Shown: one piece after another, positions 12,301 to 24,300 of the stretch
Layout: every line of letters begins with the position of its first letter
Numbering within the stretch: the stretch's first letter is position 1
Assembly: GCA_965235115.1 (NCBI GenBank)
Contig: OZ249439.1
Span: 23,994,001 to 24,058,000 of the forward strand
Length of the DNA stretch: 64,000 bases
DNA from: Laetmonice hystrix
Lineage: Eukaryota
Reading direction: 5' to 3'
Notes under the pieces: model-generated
What the model was told of the DNA's origin: nothing
Databases searched by the model: none
The model's input: the letters and a program-made list of their open reading frames with translations, nothing else
Position numbers and translations under genes: made by a program

Positions 12301-15300
12301 CGTTCTCCGACTGATATACAGTTTGTACTGCTTTTCACCTATCATCGTGTGATAACCTTTTAGAGATTATTACACGTAAAGGTATAGTATATTGCCATTT
12401 CTGATCATAATCTGAAATTAGGATTCGTATGGTGGTGCATGAAATCACGATTCCATTTTCTAGTAATCTGTCTGATCTTTTTCCTTTCAGATATACGGTA
12501 ACAAATTGCTAATAAGGTAGGCGTTTGAATTCTTGGATGTACCAATAAAGATAAGAGTACATGAATTCGAAATATACTGACTAAAGACAAAAAGTCTGGC
12601 TTTCAGTCGGATCAGTATTTGTATCACAATCATTGGCGGGTTTTTCCGTCACAGATTTCTATTCCGAACGAAGGCGACACTGCAGTGAGTATTAAAAACC
12701 TCGTTCTGATCCACATCATGTCAATTCTAAAAGTCGAATTACGTCCCACGCCACAAGATGTCTCAGTATTTGAATTACAGCTTCCCTGATTTTAGTGGTG
12801 TGTATGCTTGAATTCTTCGATTCGGTTGGGCCAAATGTGTTTGTCTTTTTAACTTTCCGAGTATCGTAAAGGTCCATGATTGCACAAATGATTGTTTGTG
12901 TGGAATTGCTTGTGACAGTAGCCATGCACCGTCGCGAATATTGCCACAAACCACTACACCCCCGCCCCATTAATGGCTCGAATAATTCACCAGACCAGAG
13001 TCAGGCTTGAACTTACCAGGACTGTCACAATCTGAACTATTTCCTTGCCAAGCGGATACGTAATCGGCTCCTCCCGGATGCTGCCCGGGTCCGTTATGCG
13101 CAGGCGCTTCAGCAGCGCCCTCTCGGAGGAATTCCAGAAACCCATCTGAAAAAGGGGGAAAAATGCATGACTCGGAATTAAAAACGACAGGACGTCAACA
13201 TTTGCGCGCGCAAGATAACCTAGCACAACACGAACCTTCATTCACACTCCCAACCGACTGGGCATGTCCATTGACTTGACGACTGACAGAGGGTTTCCGG
13301 GTCGTAAGACATTCATACCCCCTTTCCTCAAGTTAGGATTAAACCAGAGTTTGGTGTTGACTAGTCTGATAATTCTGGTTAAGAGAGATAAAATTAACGG
13401 TATTGTTCCATAACTTCCTTCTACTGCTGGGCTCATCATTTTCCTAACCAGTCCCACTTAATATTACATTCCAATTTACGCTCCAGTGCACATTCCATTG
13501 TTTAATGCAGGCATTAATTGAATGCGTTAGACCGACACGGTACATAAATAGTACACTCTAATCGGGTGAATTTGGTAATTAGTTTAAAACTTGTTTCCAA
13601 ACGTGCCTTCATTTTCTATGGCCCCCACAGGCGTGCGACTGGGAGCACGCCTCGGCTGCTGACTGCGCTGGGACCTGCGCCCGAGAATACGACATTGGGC
13701 GCGTCTTCTTTCTCATTGACTTCAATTACTAAGGCATTGACAGTTTCTAATTATCTTATAATGATATTCATGAGACTTCTGGATTCATCAGATGTGGTAT
13801 TGGCATACAAGCCTCCCTTTGGACCCAAGGCATATTGTTGCGCATCGCAGCCAAGTAACAATATATGTACATATTTCAGTGTTACTGTATATATAGGACA
13901 ATTACAATCGGCAAATTGGCCCAATGACAGACGTCTGGCATGCACAAGTAATCACAAGAAAACACTTCTGAGTCGGAAATCCTCTTGGGAACTCCCTTAA
14001 AATATTCCTTTCTCCCATGCACGTTGCCAGAACTAGGTTTAGGGATGTGTTTGCATAAGGAATGATATGTGAGGTGAGTGTACGTTTACATAGCCCTGCC
14101 TTGGTCGTAATCTTTCCGGCGATTCCACCTGAAGTGGCCAATAAGGTAATGCCATCCATATAGTTATCATCTCCTTGTGCTTGTGGATTAATCCTCTTAT
14201 ACACTACAGTCTCTCATCCTGATTAAATAGACAAACACCTATCTCTGTGCTGATTAACATGATCATATGCATCTACGAAAAAAGAAAATATTAAAAGCAT
14301 AATCAAGAAATGTAGAAAAATCGCACGCTGGCTATATCGAGGCTGAATGCCAAAGAGGCGCCAGAGATTGGACCCGTGAAGCGGATGGTGAGAGCGCCTA
14401 ACAAAAGTCTCTGAGATAATTATATAATGTTCGTATGGTTCTACAAGTTGTATGTTCATACCTGATACAGTCCAGCCATACCCAGGCCGTAAACTCCCAC
14501 TGTGTATCCCTGTCGACTCCCATCCTCAGCGAATGAAAGCCAGCCTGTCGCGCCGCTGTCTCCTATCTCAAATAGACAGAACAAACAAGTCCGTTAGTCA
14601 AATCCTCCTCGAAAATCCGACCCAAGTCGCTTCATTCATTCTGTTCGGTGGCCATTCACATCTGCCAGTTGCACTGTTTGCCAGTCAATGGATGGACATT
14701 GTGAATGGTAACACAGACAAGACAGTAGCTGTAAGTTTGAAGGAGTGGGGCTTTACTGGACCCGGAAGGGCAGTGACCTTAATAATCGCTATACTTAGTG
14801 TCCGGCACAGTCCAGATGAGGTGGCAGTAGAATATCGATTCGTGAAGGAAAAAGTCAAACGGGATTTAGTACGATATACACCTTAATATAGGAATTATAC
14901 TCCAGTTGCCGTATATATAGGAAAATACTACTTCGAACAAATGAAGTAATTCCAAAAAAAAACTTCGGTAGCGATTTATTTTACGCAATCAATACAGGAC
15001 AATGCATCAGTAAAAATAGCGTAAGCAGATAATAGTGGCATTAAGCCAGCGCGAACTGAACAGTAGGCCTAAAATATCCCTATGAGTTAACGTGGAACTC
15101 TTGTCTCTGTTGAGACGCAGACAAGAAGAGAAGAGCCATGTGCGTTTCAATTGTTCTTACTCGTATTGTCTGTTCCGACGTTCAGATCTCAACGAGGACA
15201 AACAACACACACTCTACAATGACATGATGATTATTTTATAAACATTGATAACCGGCAACTGCTGACTTCTCAATGAGAGGAGCGTGCTAGGGACATTGAA

Positions 15301-18300
15301 ACTCCTCCATCTGGATTCTCAATGAGAGGAGCGTGCTAGGGACATTGAAACTCCTCCATCTGGATTCTCAATGAGAGGAGCGTGCTAGGGACATTGAAAC
15401 TCCTCCATCCGGATTCTCAATGAGAGGAGCGTGCTAGGGACATTGAAACTCCTCCATCTGGATTCAATGAGAGGAGCGTGCTAGGGACATTGAAACTCCT
15501 CCATCTGGATTCTCAATGAGAGGAGCGTGCTAGGGACATTGAAACTCCTCCATCTGACTTCTCAATGAGAGGAGCGTGCTAGGGACATTGAAACTCCTCC
15601 ATCCGGATTCTCAATGAGAGGAGCGTGCTAGGGACATTGAAACTCCTCCATCCGGATTCTTAATGAGAGGAGCGTGCTAGGGACATTGAAACTCCTCCAT
15701 CCGGATTCTCAATGAGAGGAGCGTGCTAGGGACATTGAAACTCCTCCATCTGGATTCTCAATGAGAGGAGCGTGCTAGGGACATTGAAACTCCTCCATCC
15801 GGATTCTCAATGAGAGGAGCGTGCTAGGGACATTGAAACTCCTCCATCTGGATTCTCAATGAGAGGAGCGTGCTAGGGACATTGAAACTCCTCCATCTAG
15901 ATTATCAATGAGAGGAGCGTGCTAGGGACATTGAAACTCCTCCATCTGGATTCTCAATGAGAGGAGCGTGCTAGGGACATTGAAACTCCTCCATCTGGAT
16001 TCTCAATGAGAGGAGCGTGCTGGGGACATTGAAACTCCTCCATCTGGATTCTCAATGAGAGGAGCGTGCTGGGGACATTGAAACTCCTCCATCCGGATTC
16101 TCAATGAGAGGAGCGTGCTGGGGACATTGAAACTCCTCCATCCGGGTTCTCAATGAGAGGAGCGTGCTAGGGACATTGAAACTCCTCCATCCGGATTCTC
16201 AATGAGAGGAGCGTGCTAGGGACATTGAAACTCCTCCATCCGGATTCTCAATGAGAGGAGCGTGCTAGGGACATTGAAACTCCTCCATCCGGATTCTCAA
16301 TGAGAGGAGCGTGCTAGGGACATTGAAACTCCTCCATCCGGATTCTCAATGAGAGGAGCGTGCTAGGGACATTGAAACTCCTCCATCCGGATTCTCAATG
16401 AGAGGAGCTTGCTAGGGACATTGAAACTCCTCCATCCGGATTCTCAATGAGAGGAGCGTGCTAGGGACATTGAAACTCCTCCATCTGGATTCTCAATGAG
16501 AGCAGCGTGCTAGGGACATTGAAACTCCTCCATCTGGATTCTCAATGAGAGCAGCGTGCTATAGGGACATTGAAACTCCTCCATCCGGATTCTCAATGAG
16601 AGGAGCGTGCTAGGGACATTGAAACTCCTCCATCTGGATTCCAATACTGACCAATTGTTAGAGTTTTATCTTGGATACAATAAGTTGATCCACATGACCT
16701 TAAAGCAATGGATGATACAAATCCAAACCCTCCGTATCCAGAGCCGTATGTCTTGAAACCCACTGCTACTATCAACCCGTTGGTCCGGAATAGCAGTACT
16801 GTCTATCAGTGACATATTGCCAAGGTCGTTCGCATGCTCGTACCCTACCTCGGGCAGGGAGGGGGGGGGGGAGGCTCACAATATCGATGTTCTAATGGGG
16901 GCCAAAGCACGTCTTGAGGCCGTACAAACATACTCGCTTAACAGAACCGTTTTTTTTCTCAACTAATCACACTATATAGATTTGCAGTAAAACGTTGGTA
17001 AAAGCATGTACTCGCATTTACAAATTACATCTCTGTGGATCATCAATTCCTGTTTAAGGTTACTAGAATGATCTAGACTTCAAATCTAACTTCTTTCTAT
17101 TCGGAGAATCATTAAAGTAGCAAAGTATCATTGACGTTTGTCCAATACAAAGGTGTCGCCATATAGACCGTCTTCACACCAGATAATCTAGCTCATTTTT
17201 CACGAATTAAATGCACTACATTAAATGCATTATTGAAAAGGGAAAGCACATAGCCACCATATGGAAATTTTCATCAGTTTGATCGTCCCTCTTCGCCCCA
17301 CGAGCGGCTTAAAGGCAAGCTTACCTTATGAAGCGTCGCGTATATTGGCCCCTTGCCTATCCAATGACAGCTTCCGCGGACCCTGTGGTGGTGCTTAATT
17401 CCATGATACAAAGTCAGCAAGCTGTCGTAAGAATTTATGTATTCATTTCGCTCGAATGGCTTCGGGATATGGAGATCGGTTACGAAATTCTTCATGAGAC
17501 GGAAGGTTGTAAAGTTGATCTGGGTGTAGATGTAGCGGTCTAGGTCGTCTTGGCCTAGTGTCTGCAACAAATATGGTCCAGTTTAATTGTGAAATTATAC
17601 AATATTACACATTACAATTCTGCTCAACAGTGTGGTGTTTCTGACGGGGTATATGGCAGGTGATACACTAAATGCTTTGTCCCTCTGTATACATAGTTTA
17701 TCTGTGTGTTTGCGAGTGGGAAGTATGTTTGTGCAAAAGAAATAAATCATTTCTAGAAACTCCGACGATGGTCTCAGTGCTAAGGTCCCTGCAGGCACCG
17801 AAGAGCTGCATCATTCAGTGGAGTTTTCCCGAGGCAGTTGTCCGACCACGCTCAAACGTTTCATTCCAATGAAACATCATTCCAAAGGCACCCATCCCAA
17901 CACATGTCACCCACACATTTACAGAGGGCAAAGTAAAAAGTGGAGAATTAATACACCGAGTATTGTGTAATCCCCGCAGATATATCCACCTTAAAGCAGA
18001 AGTGATGACGTATAGCGCGCAATGCATCACGGGGGATTCTTATTATATCTGACAACCGGAAGCAGAAGGAGGCACATCTCTTCCGCCTTTCCGCTATCAA
18101 CGGGCGGGCATTCTGGCTACATTAAATTCAGCAAGGTGCTTGGCTTTGATGATGATGCTTAATATGAATCCCCCTTTCGATGTAATGCACCGTTTGGCGG
18201 AAGGCAACATCCCAGGGGCCAACAGCGATCTCGAAGATACGGTACAGTGGAATATAACACCCAGAGAACGAGCCAGGATGGCGGTCGTTATGGTTGTGGG

Positions 18301-21300
18301 CAGGCGTGAGAGGGACAAATGGCAGGTTTCGTGTAATTGACCTTCCCCTAATGATTTCTCCGCAGCAGAACGGAGTTTGTGGTCCTGGTGAAAGGTGACC
18401 CTCTCCCGACAAACTCACCAATCCGTGCACTTAAAGTAAACATTATATTATGTTGCTGCATGTATAAAATAATAGCAATATTGCCAGATATTACTAGATC
18501 TATGCGCTATTTTTACTCGGAAAGGGTACAGCAAACAGATACGATCTACCATTTTTCATCCACTTATTCCTCCATGTCCCTTGATGAAAGTCTCCATATT
18601 CTATCTTATATATATATATATATATTATATATATAACGTTAAATTCTCATAAACCGTACATGAACAAGTAACATCGATTTATCATGTGAGAATACGGTAT
18701 AAATAATCTTCCAAAGTTACAAAGAAGGTTGATGATATACGATACTTCAGCAAGCTCCAACTCGATCCAGCTCATGACCGGATGAATGTATAATACAATT
18801 GATGGAGCGCTTTCCTGTCATCTCATTGCCTCCGAGGCATCATCGTTCTCTTGCCAAGGAAAAAGCTATATTTTCAGCCACAGCGTTCGTGATATATGTC
18901 GTCCCTAGGTTTCTCACGACATCTTATCTCGATACCGGAAATACACCCTAGTCCAGCTGCGTCACATCACAAAGTATAACTGCTTACTATAAATAATTCC
19001 GATTTAATCCCATGAATCTTATCAAAGTTTTTGATGGTCATAGTCACCTTTTCATTTTGTTCTTTAAAATAATTATAGCGATCGTGCCGTATTTCTGGGT
19101 CCTTTAATGATGCGTGGTTGACAGTGAGTGTTATTTCTTAGACCCAGCGCCCATCAGTTATACTGCACTCTAAAGCCGTATTAAGGAGCCGACGGTGGAC
19201 ATCTCATGTAACTTTACGGTAATGTATATTCTCCGGAGCCCTAGTATCAAACTTTGCTGGATTTCAGAACCATATTGCGACCTTTAAGATGCTTTAGTAG
19301 TCAGTGAGGTGTTAATATGAATGTTACCGTATCGAACCAATTAGGTTAGTTTAAACATCTAGATGTTTCCCGCATTGATTGGTACAGACTTGGAGTCATG
19401 CTGGAGATCCAGGGGGTAAGTGCTCCGGGCACAGCCCTTTGTTTAGCATGTTTGCATGTGGAACATCAGAGCTGTCTGTCTGTCTATCAGAGGGTCTGTT
19501 CCCAAAGTGGCACCACTCAGTGTGAGCCAGGCGCTTCATCAAGATGTCGCCAGTGTTAGAATGGCGGGCCACAGAGGCTGGATGGCAGGGAGGGATGAGG
19601 GTGACGCCATCCATCAGCAGTGGTGGGCAGGCCAGTCGGTGGGTGGCTGGTGAGAGTGTAAGGGGAGAGTGTTGGCCCCAAAACCACCACTCCGTCCGTA
19701 CCTCATTATCCTGACAGGCGCCATGCGTGAGAATTGTAACACTAAATGCACCAGGATGATCAATAGAGTGTTAGCCGGTGTCACGCATGGGTGTGTTTGT
19801 ACGTATGCGTAGGACGGGATGTGGGGGGTGTGGGGGTGTGACGGACGGCCAAACCGACGGAGCACAAATATGACATGTGACATCCCAGCGGTAGAGTTAG
19901 ATAAAAAAAATATTTTCCGTCGCAATGTCAAATAATTGAACTTACAATTTATGTTGTCCATGAGACAGTTTCTTTTGTGAATATTGCATGATGGCGCAAG
20001 ATCGAGACGGTGGTGATCGCGATATGCTGGAGGCGTAACCGAGGGCATACTATCGGATTACATCATCGGGCCCTCGCACCGTTGTGTCATAATATTGTAA
20101 CCACAAGATCTAGACTCGAGCTATAGGAGTGCACTATGTTTTAATTATGTAAATTTTATCAAGAATTACTGTTAAATTAGCGGCGCCAGTATGGCTTAAT
20201 ATCCATGAGAATTTCCATTCCTCCTCACATTAGTCACGCTTGAATTTTTATCGAAGGTGTTCGGCCTGCACGGTTTCATCACAGATCTTGTATATAATTG
20301 GCGAGCAACAACACCTTTCCTATACAACTACACTTGACGCTTTCGGTGGTGGTTCTATGCAAGATAAACATATAGGCAGTGCCTAAATTAAATGATACGG
20401 GATGAAAAATACACACTAATCAGATTTGTTAAAGTTGCATTGAGAGCCGCTTCCTCTAATTCTGTAGTCATGGGCGGCTTAATCTGATTGAGCTCACAGG
20501 GTGTGATAGATTCGAAAGTCGATAAAAAGCTCTAATCGACGTAATTTATTTATTGAAGACCTTTATCTGAAACTCCACAGTACATCCGTAGTTAGATTCA
20601 TTATCAGCCCAAACTAGGTAATTATTCACTCGCACAATAAATATACCTGCGCCATATTCCTCCAGCTCAGACGTATGTGAGAACCTCCTCCAGTAATGCT
20701 GTATTTCAATCAGGAGGCGCCAGTGTCTTGAGTAGCGGACGTATACTTTATACTGTGCTGTATACCGGCTTGCTTGGCCACCTTGTTTTATATATACACC
20801 CGTTGCCATGGAGACCGCTACTCTCAGGCGTCTATCTGTGTGGTATACGATCTCGGACGTATATATACGTCAAGTTGTCGTCCTGCTGGCAGCGGGTTCC
20901 CCCCAGTAAGAGCCACATACAGCCAAGGCAGCGGCCTCTACTTCTATCCAATCACCTCTCCGCCGGAACTGTAATGTACTTCGACAGCTTGATGGAATCC
21001 AGCAACGAGGATCGGCCGTGTTCGGAACAATTGAAAAGACAGTTAATGAAGTTTCCTTTCCAATGATCGAGTCTTAATTGGATACCGTTCACAATGCACT
21101 AGTATAGAGGGCCAGGATGTGCGGTTTGACTACCGCTAATACCGATGCCCCCTTTGATAGATTCGACTTATTAGTCTGGCTCTATCCTGATTCATGGCTG
21201 TTTTCTGACCTCAATTTAACGGCACCGGATCCTGTGGTCACGTGTTGTAGGCGTATTGATTGCCCATGACGGACATTATATGTGATTCGGCGGGTAAAGA

Positions 21301-24300
21301 GAGACCACCAGGGCCTGCGGACGGCCGGGGCACCCTTGTGGTACTCCCCTTCCCAACCAGTAACAGGGCCCGGGAGGATTTCCTACAATCTTGCGGTTTT
21401 GTAAGCCAAGTTGATGGCTGTGTTTTTCTGTTATTTCTGCCCGCCCGATGAAAAAGCCAGGAGTTCTTGCGCTGAGACGTCGCTGTAGTATTAAGAGGTC
21501 TCGACCACTGAATGGCTCCATCTTCGCCGGCCAGGCGTTCATCACGGCAGGCAAAACGCTCCATTGCTCTAGAGACATAACTGCCTGTCCATTCTAATTG
21601 AAAATCGCCATCCATAACATGGCATTCATAGCGCAAAAAAAAACTTGATGGTTTATGTGCGAGACGGCAACATGGTCGACAGCCGACCTTCCGCAAGTCG
21701 TGCGCCAATTGGCAAACTGGCATGCAGTGAATGGGTACACACCGTGCTGTCGTGTTTAAGAACGTAATACGGCTAATAAGGCCGATATATGGCCTCGTTA
21801 CGGCCTCAAAAGAGGAAGGATGCCTCCAAAGGGGAAGTGGATAGCTCTGAGCAAACGTTTGCCGTTGCGCAGTTGTCGGGCAAATTAAGTTTCCGCACGA
21901 GTGAAAGATTAAAAAAAAGTCGTCCTATTTTGAAATCGATCGATCGGTTGTGCAACAGGACCCTATTGAGCAATGGCTTGCCATGGCCCAGGAGGGCAAT
22001 AGGTTTTGAACCTTGATGCCAAACTTCGAACAGCCTTTTCGAGGAGAAGCTATCCTTAAACCATTAAAACTCCACACACTCACTCGTAACATAAATCTAT
22101 ACGAAATAAAACGGCGTTCAAAGAGGCTAGATGACAGTTTGAAAAACATTCTCTCACAAAAACTTTTATTTCTACAGCTCGAGAGGACAATTAACGTTAA
22201 AAAGGGCAAAGAAGAAACGTGGGCCGCATAAGAGAGGGAGTTGTCTCTCGCAACTTTCTATAAGCGAATGGCAACAAAAAGAATATAATATTACGACCGC
22301 TGCCTTTCTAGCTCCAGCCTTCCTAATCAGAACCATTTATCAAGGCTGGCTATACTATAATGTAGGAACAGAAGCGTTGTTAGCAGATGATATCATCTGA
22401 AATGTTTTATCATAGCCAGACAAAAGCGACGGTGCTGGCTGCCTTAAGCTGATGTATGTTTATAGAGAACAGCACCTGTTCGCGGGGGAGTCTATAATCG
22501 TTGAGAGGACGCCATCTTCTACGGTTACAGGCGCTGACGTCGAGTGACAGTTTACGTTTGAACTTAGTGCCACTCACTTCAACCAATCACGGTACCGACA
22601 CCAGACTCACTTCAACCAATCACGGTACCGACACCAGACTCACTTCAACCAATCACGGCACCGACACCAGACTCACTTCAACCAATCACGGTACCGACAC
22701 CAGACTCACTTCAACCAATCACGTACCGACACCAGACTCACTTCAACCAATCACGGTACCGACACCAGACTCACTCCAACCAATCACGGTACCGACACCA
22801 GACTCACTTCAACCAATCACGTACCGACACCAGACTCACTTCAACCAATCACGGTACCGACACCAGACTCACTTCAACCAATCACGGTACCGACACCAGA
22901 TGGCGTCTGCCAATCAGGAAGTTTCATAGANNNNNNNNNNNNNNNNNNNNNNNNNNNNNNNNNNNNNNNNNNNNNNNNNNNNNNNNNNNNNNNNNNNNNN
23001 NNNNNNNNNNNNNNNNNNNNNNNNNNNNNNNNNNNNNNNNNNNNNNNNNNNNNNNNNNNNNNNNNNNNNNNNNNNNNNNNNNNNNNNNNNNNNNNNNNNN
23101 NNNNNNNNNNNNNNNNNNNNTTCCGGCCTTGAGTCTACTTTGGTCCTTGAAGAGAAACTAGAGACTTGTGATGGAAAGACCAGACATGTCGGTGCAGGAT
23201 CTTTGGAACGTCTCATGCTCGCTCCAGTGACGGTGTATGAGCTTATATATTATACATAACATTTAGTGTGTTCACTATACTATAAGGCCACACAACAATT
23301 CTCACATAGGATGGCACAGTCGTGGTCCTTCATAGTATCGTCCAATAGTCTAAGGCGCCAAGCAACCATCGTTTGTCTCAGAAACATCACGTCATTCAGG
23401 AGGAATCAAAGGAGAGATCAGGTTCACTTTAAAAAAATTAACTTCCTTGGTCGATATTCAATCGACTTATTCCTCTACCAGCCCCCTGAGCGATGTTCAT
23501 GACAAATGTTGCTCTTTCATTTCTCAAAGAACCTTCCGTGTACGAAATGAAAGAGATAGTAGATCTCACGAGACTTGGCAAAACGTGAACAAAAGGCAAG
23601 GGTCCAAATAAAAGGGCAGTTTGTCATTCCTTCTATCTCTATTCAAGACCTTCCTTCGACGGAGGATTCCCATGGATTTTGGCCCTGTCTAATAAAATGC
23701 ATATGGCCTTTCCGAGCCTTTGAGAAGCGGCAACCTGGGTGTAGGACGAGCAAAGCCAATTGAGCGCAGCCCGGACCGAGTGTCAATAAACAGTTCTGGC
23801 GTCGCTCTCAGAGCTCTCCTATGGACAGACAGATCAAGCTTCGCAACCTGCTTGCCGTGAAATGCAATCCGTAAATTGACTCTTCACCATGGCACAAATT
23901 ATGGCCATCGACCTGTTCCGAGTGGCATCAAACGCTTGCGCATATGACAAGGCGTACAAATTGGAAGTCCGAGTTGAATTGAAGTTGGCGGGCAGGAGCC
24001 GGATGTCACGTGGTGTGTTCAAAGGGTCTGTTACGACATGGCGTGGCGTGATCAGAGGGTTGGATTAACAACCGCTGTATGGTCACTTGGATGGGGGTGA
24101 TCGCTCTGATTGAGGTCATTTCCTCCCAGTCGGTTGGGTTTAACTGTAGCACTATTGCCGTATATATAGTGCCTTGGTGGAAAAGAGGTGTGGTATAGGG
24201 CAGACTAGACGAGTCATCCATCAGACTTACATGAGGTGGGGGGTGGGTGGGTGGGGGGGGGGGGGGGGTTCGTTTTCTCATCAATTCCCATATACCCGTC

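Noticed and set aside
14452-14886. Plus-strand ORFs antisense to iGluR exons (also 10407-10673, 10824-11072, 17328-17543, 31025-31390)
   Set aside because: Shadow ORFs of the coding strand with no recognisable motifs.
15267-16640. CRISPR-like regular repeats
   Set aside because: Units are head-to-tail with no unique spacers, there are no cas genes, and the context is a eukaryotic intron. The same applies to the 33, 29 and 57 bp arrays.
20546-20809. Ig-domain-like motif DNESNYGCTV in an 87-aa minus-strand ORF
   Set aside because: No upstream B-strand Cys in frame before a stop, and no convincing splice boundaries.
22501-22929. 142-aa ORF with TSTNHGTDTRL repeats as a protein
   Set aside because: Produced by the 33-bp minisatellite. 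Frame-shifting unit deletions are tolerated, arguing against coding constraint.
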